From Gemmatimonadota bacterium (GTDB taxonomy: Bacteria > Gemmatimonadota > Gemmatimonadetes > Gemmatimonadales > Gemmatimonadaceae), in the NCBI GenBank assembly GCA_040387895.1, contig JAZKCW010000017.1:4204-68203 (forward strand): a DNA stretch of 64,000 nt, read 5' to 3'. The position numbers and the translations under genes were made by a program. Below the pieces are notes generated by a model. The model was given only the letters and a program-made list of their open reading frames with translations. It searched no databases and was not told the origin of the DNA. Below, in pieces: positions 37,043 to 45,486 of the stretch; position 1 is the first letter of the stretch, and each line of letters opens with the position of its first letter.

Positions 37043-37911
37043 GACTGCTTCCGGGCGACCGCCGTGACTTCCCCGGTCGGCGTTTCGAGTGCGGCATCCG
37101 CGATGGCGGGTGGCAGCAGCCGGCGCAGTGGGGCCAGCCACCCCGTGATCCACGGATTTGGATAGCGCGTGAACTGATGCGCGATGTAGGTGATCGAGAG
37201 CGATTTCCGTGCAGGCCGCAGGTCGACGACGGCGAGACCGCTGGTCTCGAGCGCCCGTCGCAGGCCTCGGCGCGAGAAGTAGGACACGTGTTCGGGTTTG
37301 AAGTGGGGCCACCGGGTTCCCATCAGGCGGCGGCTGACGCTGCCCGCGTCGGGTGTCGTGATCACGACCACGCCGCCGGGTGCAAGGCGTTCGGCGGCCA
37401 TTGCCAGCACCGCACGGGGATCAAGCACGTGCTCGAGGTAGTCGGACATGAAGATCGCGTCGAACCCACGGTCCGTGGCGTTACCGAACGTCGACGAGTC
37501 GAACTCGCCGCAGTGCAGGTGTGTCCGGTCGACGGTCGCTGCACACTGTTCGATCGCGTGCGCGGAGATATCGATGCCGTAGACCTGATAGCCGCGCGAA
37601 CTCGCCTCGCGAAGGAAGGACCCCGTCGCGCAACCAAGGTCGAGGATCGTGCCACCCTCCTTGATCCACCCGGCGCAGTGTTCGAGCCGACGCGCGAACG
37701 TCGCTCGCTTGAGCGCATCCGTGCGATTGCCCGCTTCGTGCAGCCCCCATGCATCGTAGTAACCGCGGTCGTAGATCGCGGTGAGGAGCTCCGGCGCGGG
37801 TGGCACGTCGGAGCGCCCGGACCCGCACTCGCGGCAGAACGAGATCGAGAGCGCCGGCGAGATGCGGATCCCATCGGCCGGGCCATGGCTGCTGCATGCG
37901 AAACATGCCAT
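37039..37911 (-). CDS. Class I SAM-dependent methyltransferase with N-terminal CxxC...CxxC zinc ribbon
   Basis: MACFACSS...FCRECGS provides four Cys. ILDLGCATGSF is SAM motif I. DAIFMSDYLEHV and LAPGGVVVITTP follow. Its ATG shares one nt with the GT9 stop (TGATG). Confidence 0.85.
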   Translation of the reverse strand: MACFACSSHGPADGIRISPALSISFCRECGSGRSDVPPAPELLTAIYDRGYYDAWGLHEAGNRTDALKRATFARRLEHCAGWIKEGGTILDLGCATGSFLREASSRGYQVYGIDISAHAIEQCAATVDRTHLHCGEFDSSTFGNATDRGFDAIFMSDYLEHVLDPRAVLAMAAERLAPGGVVVITTPDAGSVSRRLMGTRWPHFKPEHVSYFSRRGLRRALETSGLAVVDLRPARKSLSITYIAHQFTRYPNPWITGWLAPLRRLLPPAIADAALETPTGEVTAVARKQS

Positions 37912-39164
37912 CACCGGGCTTGCGAGAGCACTCCGAGGGCTCGTCCGTTGTCCATGTAGACGATCGGCGACGAGGCATCGGGACTGACGCGTCCTTCCAG
38001 GAGGAGGGCGAGGGACGCGCGCAGGACATCGTCCTCGGCGATCCGCTTCATGCAGACGTTGTCGCCGCGGCAAGGCGCGACATCGAAGTGATGCACGCAC
38101 GGGCTGCAGTAGACCCGGTGATACAGGATGGCGTGCCGGGAGTTCTTGCCCGAGAAGGCGTAGTGCTCCGGCTCGACCGGACCGAACAGGCTGACCGTCG
38201 GTGTGCCCATGCAGAATGCGATGTGCATCGGTCCACTGTCGTTGGTGAGAAGAAGCCTGGCGCGTCCGATCAGCCCGATCAGGGCACCGAGCGAAAGCTC
38301 ACCCGCAGTGTTGCGCACCCGCGGTCGATGCTGCGCGGTGACGCCGGCCAGTACCGTTTCCGCGTACGCGCGCTCGTTCGGTGCGCCGATCAGCATGATG
38401 CGACAGGTAGGCACGGACTGCAGCAGGTCGGAAATTACCCGGGAGAACCGCTCGCTGGGCCACCGACGTTCCAGTCGCAGCTCCGACGCATTCGGATTGA
38501 CCAGGATGATCGGCCCGTCGCCGCCCCCTTGCCGAGCGAGAAGCGTATCGACTTCCCGATGGTCGGCGATCGTAGGCGTCAATGCGACGAGCGACGGCGC
38601 CAGTTCGGCGCAGCCCATGGCGCGACCGAGTTGCAGGTAGACCTGGGAGATCGGTGCGCCGGGATTGAAGTACACGAGCACATCGAAGACCCGCTCGAGC
38701 TTGAAATCCGAGGGATTGCGGAAGAAGCCTGCCGTCCAGCGCGCCCCGCTGAGGAGCGTCATCAGCACGCCGAGCCGCGAGTACGCCTCCAGATTGATGA
38801 AGCACACGTTCTTCATCGCGCGCACCGCGCGCACCGTGCTCCAGAGCGAGCGGGCAAGGCTGGTCAACGACCGGTCGTCGATGGTGAGCGTTCGGTCGAC
38901 GAGATCGATCCGTTGCGTCAGCGCGTCATTGCCTCTGCGCGTGACGAAAGTGAATTCGGCATCGCCGTATCGCTGCTCGAGGGCGGCCAGAAGGGGCGTC
39001 GCCTGCACGATGCTGCCGAGGCCGAGCAGCTTGAGGACGACGATGTGGTCGGGCGCGATCGCTGGAGGTGCATCCGTGCGCCGCCGCCTCGCGACCATGA
39101 CGAGGAGCCCGACGAACAGCGAGCCGACGATCCGGTCGACGAGGAGCTTTGTGCCGAGTTTCAT
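37911..39164 (-). CDS. Glycosyltransferase family 9 (heptosyltransferase-like)
   Basis: LKLLGLGSIVQATPLL, and LIGRARLLLTNDSGPMHIAFCMGTPTVSLFGP is the characteristic GT9 C-terminal motif. Confidence 0.85.
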   Translation of the reverse strand: MKLGTKLLVDRIVGSLFVGLLVMVARRRRTDAPPAIAPDHIVVLKLLGLGSIVQATPLLAALEQRYGDAEFTFVTRRGNDALTQRIDLVDRTLTIDDRSLTSLARSLWSTVRAVRAMKNVCFINLEAYSRLGVLMTLLSGARWTAGFFRNPSDFKLERVFDVLVYFNPGAPISQVYLQLGRAMGCAELAPSLVALTPTIADHREVDTLLARQGGGDGPIILVNPNASELRLERRWPSERFSRVISDLLQSVPTCRIMLIGAPNERAYAETVLAGVTAQHRPRVRNTAGELSLGALIGLIGRARLLLTNDSGPMHIAFCMGTPTVSLFGPVEPEHYAFSGKNSRHAILYHRVYCSPCVHHFDVAPCRGDNVCMKRIAEDDVLRASLALLLEGRVSPDASSPIVYMDNGRALGVLSQAR

Positions 39165-39773
39165 GTCGCGCGGCCGCGCATGTCCACGTGTGTTGGAGTC
39201 GGGCGGCGAACGGTCGCGGAGCGCGCACGTGCGACAATGCGACGGGAGAATTATCGGCTGATCGAGCTATCTGGTGGCGCTCCTGCGTTGACGCAAGGGC
39301 GGCGGCACGCACGGTCTGACGAAGCGGGCTCGAACCTCGCAACAGCCGATGTGCGAAATGCGAGCCAGCGCCTCGGAAGTGGATCAAGGCAGACGCGTTC
39401 GCGTCGGTGCGTTCACTCGTTCACGGCGATCGGCGCTACAGAAATCGGAAAGCGTTCCTGCAGCCACGCCTGCCACTTCGGCTGCTCTCCAACGCTCCCC
39501 AACGCCGATGCCGGTGAAGCCCAGCGCTGGGGATGCCCGATTCGCTGCCTTGGATTGCTGGGGGTCGGGGCGTTCGGCGATACGACGAAGGAAGCGGCGG
39601 TCGCCACCACTGGTAGTCGACCTTCTGCCGGGCGAGGCCGACCCGTGACAAGAAATCTTGTCGATGTGTAGCGTTGCTGCGTAACCGAATCACGTGAGCG
39701 CCCGTACGCAGGAGACAGCCCCGGATTCGCCGGTGGCGTGTGATTCGCCCCCCAACGTGCGGAGTGATGTCCC

Positions 39774-40088
39774 GTGGACCCAGCCATCTTCGACTACCTG
39801 CTGATCGCCGTGGGTGTGACCTCCCTGAGCACGTTCGGCTTTGCGGTCGCGTGGATTCGCGCGCGCGAGCGGGCGGTTCGGGCCGAAGGACGTGCGGCGG
39901 AGCGATTCTCCGCCGGAGCCGATGCGCGATTCGACCGGCTGGAGCAGATCGTCGAGGGGACAGCGCTCGAGCTCGAGCGGCTGGGCGAGGCGCAGCGCTT
40001 CCAGAGCAAGCTGCTGGCGGAGCGCGCCGGTGCGACGGCCTCGTCGGCGCGGACACCACTTCCGGGACGCATCGTCACGCCGCACTGA
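39774..40088 (+). CDS. Small single-pass membrane protein with C-terminal amphipathic helix (paralog of 47472..47828)
   Basis: GTG start immediately after an in-frame TGA, with GGAG ~10 nt upstream. TM segment YLLIAVGVTSLSTFGFAVAWI. High GC3. ELERLGEAQRFQSKLLAER aligns with ELAHLAEGQAFTAALLSQR of the other copy. Confidence 0.6.
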   Translation: MDPAIFDYLLIAVGVTSLSTFGFAVAWIRARERAVRAEGRAAERFSAGADARFDRLEQIVEGTALELERLGEAQRFQSKLLAERAGATASSARTPLPGRIVTPH

Positions 40089-40199
40089 GTCGCGCGCGCG
40101 TCGGGCACCGGAAACTGGCGCTTGCGGAATCTGGCTGGGTCTCGGATATTGGCGACCCGAACGTACGCCGAAGCATGACCACCACCTACCGAGCCTACC

Positions 40200-40709
40200 A
40201 TGTCCACGGACTCGACCGTCGCTGACGCACCTGCCGCTGCCTCGCCCACCGCACTCCTCATCACGCCCGCCCAGTTCCTCGCGCACTGGCAGGGACACCG
40301 GAAACTCACCCGCCGCATGATCGACGCGTTCCCGGACGATCAGCTGTTTTCCTTCTCGGTGGGCGGCATGCGGCCGTTCGGGGTCCTCGCGAACGAGATG
40401 CTCGGCATGGCGGTGCCGACGGTGCAGGGCGTGATCACGGATGCGTGGGTCGCGTATGCAGAAGGTGCTGCGACGACGAAGCAGGAAGTGCTCGCCCAGT
40501 GGGACGACACCACGACGCAGCTCGAGAGCCTGTTCCCGCAGATTCCCGAGGCCCGCTTCCAGGAGACGATGACCGCATTCGGCCAGTGGACGATGCCCGG
40601 CTACGATCTGCTGCTGTATGTCGTCGACAACGAGATTCATCATCGCGGGCAGGGCTACACGTACCTGCGCGCGCTCGGGATCGAGCCACCGCCGTTCTGG
40701 GAGCGATAG
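40200..40709 (+). CDS. DinB family protein
   Basis: C-terminal LLLYVVDNEIHHRGQGYTYLRALG is a typical DinB (PF05163-like) His motif. Confidence 0.8.
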   Translation: MSTDSTVADAPAAASPTALLITPAQFLAHWQGHRKLTRRMIDAFPDDQLFSFSVGGMRPFGVLANEMLGMAVPTVQGVITDAWVAYAEGAATTKQEVLAQWDDTTTQLESLFPQIPEARFQETMTAFGQWTMPGYDLLLYVVDNEIHHRGQGYTYLRALGIEPPPFWER

Positions 40710-40748
40710 GCCGCGGACAGCGAGCTCACTCTCGTGCCGGCACGAAAC

Positions 40749-40780
40749 CGTTTCCCGCGATCATGACGTCGCGGGAAACG
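40749..40780. terminator. Terminator-like hairpin between convergent transcription units
   Basis: 11-bp stem cgtttcccgcg / cgcgggaaacg with a 10-nt loop. It lies 40 nt after the DinB stop and 28 nt after the sORF stop on the other strand. Confidence 0.5.
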
Positions 40781-40807
40781 CGCTTGGCAGTCAGACCGCT
40801 ACCGCCG

Positions 40808-40933
40808 TCAATACTTCCGCCAGTACTTCATCGCCAGTCGCAAGCGCTGCCAGAACTGCTCGTCGAAATTGCTGATGGCCAACGGATTGCCACCCGATAC
40901 ATCCGCCTCGTTGCCGTGACGCACCACGACCAA
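40808..40933 (-). CDS. Candidate small ORF (41 codons) downstream of the DUF5916/CBM9 gene
   Basis: Below the track length cutoff. Hand translation gives (L/M)VVVRHGNEADVSGGNPLAISNFDEQFWQRLRLAMKYWRKY*. TTG 40933 has GGAG 8 nt upstream; alternative GTG starts at 40942, 40927 and 40924. GC3 is ~80%, against ~60% in clearly non-coding DNA here. A terminator hairpin follows. Confidence 0.4.
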   Translation of the reverse strand: MVVVRHGNEADVSGGNPLAISNFDEQFWQRLRLAMKYWRKY

Positions 40934-40968
40934 TATTGCCACTCCACTGCGCCCCTGCTGCTGCTCTC

Positions 40969-43725
40969 CTACTGCGCGTCCTCGCCGTTTCCGCTCACTG
41001 CACGCGGCGTGCGTCCGCCACCGAGTCGCACCGGCAACCAGTAGCTGACCTTCACCGACAGGAAGTTGTCTCCGACCGCCCGCGTCGTGTTCAGGAGTTC
41101 CCGCAGTCGCACAGTGCCGCCGAACGGATCATCCGTGCGCCGGTTCTGCTGCCACACGAGAAACAGCGTGCTGCCGGGAACCCACTCCCACCGCATCACC
41201 ATGTTGGAACGGAACGACAGCACGTGGAAGTCGCGATTGCTGATGGTGAACGTCTGTCCGTCATCGGTGATCGTGCGCCGACCCGTGGTATCCGTGGTCA
41301 CCGTCGTTCCGTCCGTGCCGTACACGCGAAGCGCACGGCTGCGCGGCGCCGACAGTTCGCCGAACCCGGAGTACTCGCCACTCGATAGAAACGGCTCGCC
41401 GTATCCTTCCACGGTGAGGTTGGGCGTGAAGGAATAGTTGAGGCGAAAACGCGTCGAGATCGTGCGCCGGTCGATCGCGGCGAACAGGTACCGTGCGCCA
41501 TACGTGCGCGTACCACCCGCAACCCGCGCAACGTACTGCCGCGGGTCCACGCCCCAGTTGTAGTTGGGCTCCGCCGACACCGTCACGCGCGCTGATGGCC
41601 GCAAGGTGAGCTGCCCGCCGAACCCCTGCCGGACCGCGTCGAACTCGTCGAAGTCGTAGCGGTAATTGATGCGCCACCCGGTCCGCGCGCCGGACGGCCC
41701 GTTGAGCCGGAACTCCTGGGCGAAGTCGCGCGGCTTGCCCATGAGGGGACCGCCGCGTGTCAGTGCGTCGTCGATCGCGGCGAGCGCAATCGACGAACGC
41801 ACATTCACCTGCCAGAAGTTCATGAACGTGACCGACGAGTTCTGCGTGAAGCTGTTCTGCTGCTGAATTCCCTCAAAGTTGAGGGCACCACGCGTTTCGA
41901 AGCCGAGCTGCCACCCTTGCAGCCGCGTCCCCGGAATGTTGTCGCGGATCTGCAGGTCGGCGTTGTATTCGATGTCGTCGGTGCTCGCCAGGCGCCCGAG
42001 GTCGTTCACGTCGTAGCCCGGCGACTCGAGCTTCACCTCGGCGCCCCAGAGATAGCGCTTGCCTGCATCCTTGTCCGCGCGAAACTGCGCGCTGTAGCCC
42101 GAGAGCGAGCGCTTGGTGGGATCGAAGATGACCTGCTCACGATCGGGGCGCTGGAAGAAGCGCGTGCTCGCCGTCTGCAGCCGCCGGATCGCGCCGGTGT
42201 CCCCGGCCACGTGCGACGCGGCGACGAAACCGCTGAGGGCGTACTTGCCCTGCTGGAAACGCAGGCGCCAGTCCAGCCCGGCGTAGTACGAGTCGCGCGC
42301 GAGCAAATTCTGCAGTGGAGCCGAGCCGCCGAACGTCCGCTGCGTCGTGGTCAGGGCGAGTCCCACGGTGGACGCCTGCTTCCCGATCTCCTGTTGCAGC
42401 CGGAGCAGGCCGTAGGCGGTGCGAGGCTCGACCTGCGTCGCTCCGCGCAGACTGTCGCTGACGTCGAACGTGCGCGCATCCTCGCGCGCCGTCACGGCCG
42501 CCAGCGCGCCGATTGACAGCCGGCTCGGGAGCCGCCCGGTGAGCTTGGTGGCGCCCAGGATGGTGCTGGAGCGAGGCGTGTCCACGAAGTCGGCGGACGC
42601 GGTGAGGTGAGGCGCCGCGCCAATGCGACGCGGGTAGAAGTATCCCGAGCCACTGCCACGCAGCATCTCCGCACCTTCCACGAAGAACGGGCGACGCTCA
42701 TCGAAGAAGGTCTCGAATGCGCTCAGGTTGACTTCGGCGGGGTCGGCCTCGACCTGCCCGAAGTCCGGGTTGACCGTCGCATCGAGCGTGAGGTTGGACC
42801 CGATTGCGAACTTGGCGTCTGCGCCCATGCGCCCCGCGAAGGGCTGATCCAGCGGGTTCGTGGTCGTCGTGCTCCCGCGTCGCGTTGCGTCGCCCGCGAG
42901 ATAGGGAACGAACTCCACGGGCCGTGTGCGCGGCAGGCCACTCAGCCCCTCGAGCGTTCCAAAGCGCGAGATGTAGCCGGTCTCATTCGCGGCTACCACG
43001 ATCCACTTGACCGTCTCGTTCTTGTCGGGCATCCACCGGTCGACCTGGACTCCCCACCGCTGTACGTCACGGGGCGGGAAGCGCAGCTGCGAGAACGGAA
43101 TGCGCATCTCCGCACTCCACCCGGTCGAATCGATCGTCGTCGCCGCCGTCCACACCGGATCGAACTGGTTCTCGCGCCCGCTCATCTCGCTGTCCTGCGT
43201 CAGCCGGAAATCGGTGCGCACACCGGCGGCCGAGAGATGAAAGCCGACGGCGGTCCGGCGATCCTGCTGCGGGTCGAAGATCACGCCCACACGCTCGGCG
43301 TTCCCCTGCGCGTCCCGGCGGGTCATCGACCGCTCGATGTCGCCGGGGTTCTTTCGGTGCATCCGCGCCGCCACATAGATGGCTTCGTCGTCATAGACGA
43401 ACGCGACTTCGGTGAGCTCAGAAGCCGCTGAGTCCGGCTTGGGGCGCTGCTGGCGGAAATCCGATGCGAAGCTGGCTTTCCCCCAGACGGCATCGTCCAG
43501 GCGGCCATCGACGCGGGGTGCCCGGCTGATTCGCGTGATGCGCATGACCTTCGACGAAGGCTGCGCACTGGCGGGCGATGAGAGCGGTACGACCAGCGAC
43601 AGGGCAATTCCGGACGGCAGAGCCAGCCGCGGAATGAAGCGACACAAACGACTGATGAAGCGATGCAAAGAAGTCAGGGCAAGGGCACGAGGCGAACGGG
43701 CAGCCTGGAGAATACGCAATGGCAC
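40969..43725 (-). CDS. CBM9-like plus DUF5916 domain outer-membrane protein
   Basis: N-terminal RAPRVDGRLDDAVWGKASFASDFRQQRPKPDSAASELTEVAFVYDDEAIYVAARM is a CBM9-like module. It is followed by ~700 aa of beta-rich sequence ending in an aromatic-rich C-terminus (VKVSYWLPV). Confidence 0.75.
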   Translation of the reverse strand: MPLRILQAARSPRALALTSLHRFISRLCRFIPRLALPSGIALSLVVPLSSPASAQPSSKVMRITRISRAPRVDGRLDDAVWGKASFASDFRQQRPKPDSAASELTEVAFVYDDEAIYVAARMHRKNPGDIERSMTRRDAQGNAERVGVIFDPQQDRRTAVGFHLSAAGVRTDFRLTQDSEMSGRENQFDPVWTAATTIDSTGWSAEMRIPFSQLRFPPRDVQRWGVQVDRWMPDKNETVKWIVVAANETGYISRFGTLEGLSGLPRTRPVEFVPYLAGDATRRGSTTTTNPLDQPFAGRMGADAKFAIGSNLTLDATVNPDFGQVEADPAEVNLSAFETFFDERRPFFVEGAEMLRGSGSGYFYPRRIGAAPHLTASADFVDTPRSSTILGATKLTGRLPSRLSIGALAAVTAREDARTFDVSDSLRGATQVEPRTAYGLLRLQQEIGKQASTVGLALTTTQRTFGGSAPLQNLLARDSYYAGLDWRLRFQQGKYALSGFVAASHVAGDTGAIRRLQTASTRFFQRPDREQVIFDPTKRSLSGYSAQFRADKDAGKRYLWGAEVKLESPGYDVNDLGRLASTDDIEYNADLQIRDNIPGTRLQGWQLGFETRGALNFEGIQQQNSFTQNSSVTFMNFWQVNVRSSIALAAIDDALTRGGPLMGKPRDFAQEFRLNGPSGARTGWRINYRYDFDEFDAVRQGFGGQLTLRPSARVTVSAEPNYNWGVDPRQYVARVAGGTRTYGARYLFAAIDRRTISTRFRLNYSFTPNLTVEGYGEPFLSSGEYSGFGELSAPRSRALRVYGTDGTTVTTDTTGRRTITDDGQTFTISNRDFHVLSFRSNMVMRWEWVPGSTLFLVWQQNRRTDDPFGGTVRLRELLNTTRAVGDNFLSVKVSYWLPVRLGGGRTPRAVSGNGEDAQ

Positions 43726-43800
43726 ACCCGATCGTTCGGCCCAGCGTTTACTCTCCTCGACTTCCGCACCCGTCGTTGGTCACCGGCCCGGTCTGCGGCG

Positions 43801-44715
43801 CTACGCTGGCGGCGCGAACTTTCGGTCGACGAACTGTTCGACCGTCATCGGTGCCACGCCAAATCGTGTCGCAGTCGGCTGCCAGTTCGTGAATGCATCC
43901 GACAGCGTTGCCGTGTAGTAGCCCATCGCCATGAGCCGGGAGCCCATTTCGTGGAACGGCCGCAGCGCGACCATCCCTGCGCGCAGCACTCCCAGTGGCA
44001 TGTGCCGGCGTTTCGATTTCGCTCCGAGCCGACGCTCGATCACGCTCGCGACATCCGCGAACGAGCACGTGGTCGGCCCCCCGAGCTCGATCCACTCGTT
44101 CTGAATCGTCGGATCGTCGAGCACACGCAGCGCATATTCGGCGACGTCGTCGACCGCGATGAAATTCGCGCGCGTCTTGCCATCCCCGAACAGCATGACG
44201 GGCTTGCCCTGACGCACTGCATCGCCGATCAGCGTCTCCACCCAGGTCTCCATCAGCACGGTGGGCGCGAGCAACACCCACGGCACGCCACAGCCGCGGA
44301 TCAATGCATCCACCTCCTGCTTGACGCGGAAGAAGTCGACTGGCGACTTCGCACCGCCCAGATCTTGCGCCGACACATGCACGATGCGAGACACACCCTG
44401 CTCACGCATCGCGCGGCAGATGTTCTCGTATGCACGACGATCGACGCGATTCGGACTCGATGCACCCGAACCCATCGCATTGTTGGCGGTGGTGAACACC
44501 TGGTCCACGTCCGCGCACGCACCGCTGACAAAGTCGGCGTCCAGCAAGTCGCCGGCAGCGATCTCTGCACCCAGCGCACGCAGGGCTGCCAGCTTCTGCG
44601 GGTTTCGGCCAAGTGCGCGCACCTGATGTCCGGTTTCGAGCAAGCGGCGCGTAACCGCGCCCCCCAACTGTCCGGTTGCCCCGACTACCAGCACACGACG
44701 CTGCGTGATGCTCAT
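43801..44715 (-). CDS. NmrA-like / atypical SDR NAD(P)-binding protein
   Basis: RVLVVGATGQLGGAVTRRLLETGHQVRAL is a Rossmann GxxGxxG. Start at MSITQRR (44715). Confidence 0.8.
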   Translation of the reverse strand: MSITQRRVLVVGATGQLGGAVTRRLLETGHQVRALGRNPQKLAALRALGAEIAAGDLLDADFVSGACADVDQVFTTANNAMGSGASSPNRVDRRAYENICRAMREQGVSRIVHVSAQDLGGAKSPVDFFRVKQEVDALIRGCGVPWVLLAPTVLMETWVETLIGDAVRQGKPVMLFGDGKTRANFIAVDDVAEYALRVLDDPTIQNEWIELGGPTTCSFADVASVIERRLGAKSKRRHMPLGVLRAGMVALRPFHEMGSRLMAMGYYTATLSDAFTNWQPTATRFGVAPMTVEQFVDRKFAPPA

Positions 44716-44811
44716 CCCAACGTGCCTCGGCATTGTGGGTCCGCGAATCGCTCGCGACGGCGCTGTCGGGTCGGCCGGTGGCCATCCGTGTCCATCACTC
44801 TCGCGGCAGGG

Positions 44812-44817
44812 CTATAA
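44812..44817 (+). promoter_or_regulatory. Candidate -10 box (perfect TATAAT) upstream of the VOC gene
   Basis: TATAAT in otherwise GC-rich intergenic DNA, 70 nt upstream of ATG 44887. The -35 is poor (gtccat at a 17-nt spacing). Sequence observation only. Confidence 0.3.
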
Positions 44818-44886
44818 TGTCACCTGCCGCAGCGTCGCGCGACCCGACTGCGGAGTTCGTCGGACTCATCTCCACACTGGCCGGCC

Positions 44887-45432
44887 ATGAAGAAGATCCA
44901 GGTCCAGGGACTCCATCACATCACGCTCGTCGGCTCGACCCGCCAGGTCTCCATGGATTTCTGGCACGGTCTGCTCGGCATGCCGTTCCTCTTCGAGCAG
45001 CCGAACCTGGGCAAGCCCGACGAGAATCACCTGTACTTCGACCCGGGTGACGGCCGCCTGCTGACGGTCTTCACCGACGAGACGCACGCGGCAGCACACC
45101 GCCCGGCGCCGCGCGAGATCGGCAGCGTCGAGCACATCGCGTTCAACGTATCGCGCGCGACGTTCCAGCAGATTCCGGCGCGCCTCAATGCGCGCGGCAT
45201 CGAGTTTCTCGAGCGCGACCGCGGCTTCATGGACTCGATCTACCTGCGCGACCCGAACGGCCTGAAGGTGGAACTGGCCTGCTACAAGTTCGAGACGCCC
45301 GAGGGTTTCCGCGATGCCGATGTGCTGGTGAAGGCTTACCAGCTCCGCCTCGAGCGGGGCGACCATCACATCGAGGCCGAGCATCTGGCCGACGCCATCG
45401 AGCTCCTGATGCAGGAGCGAGGGACAACGTGA
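44887..45432 (+). CDS. VOC (glyoxalase/bleomycin resistance/dioxygenase) family protein
   Basis: GLHHITLVGS...FWHGLLGMPF...HLYF...VEHIAFNV...DPNGLKVEL is the typical paired beta-alpha-beta-beta-beta module pattern. Confidence 0.8.
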   Translation: MKKIQVQGLHHITLVGSTRQVSMDFWHGLLGMPFLFEQPNLGKPDENHLYFDPGDGRLLTVFTDETHAAAHRPAPREIGSVEHIAFNVSRATFQQIPARLNARGIEFLERDRGFMDSIYLRDPNGLKVELACYKFETPEGFRDADVLVKAYQLRLERGDHHIEAEHLADAIELLMQERGTT

Positions 45433-45486
45433 GGCTCGATCCGCTCCCGACACGTCACGTGCGCGTCAGCTGACGTATTGTTCGTC

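Noticed and set aside
37043-37312. ATG 37312 as start of the giant membrane protein
   Set aside because: It would overlap the methyltransferase gene by 270 nt with an Arg-rich, non-hydrophobic 90-aa extension. The TTGA-coupled TTG at 37042 is preferred.
39300-39345. tRNA-like T-arm sequence (minus strand gcgaggttcgagcccgc)
   Set aside because: No complementary acceptor stem, anticodon arm or D-arm could be built around it. It is probably a chance GGTTCGA match.
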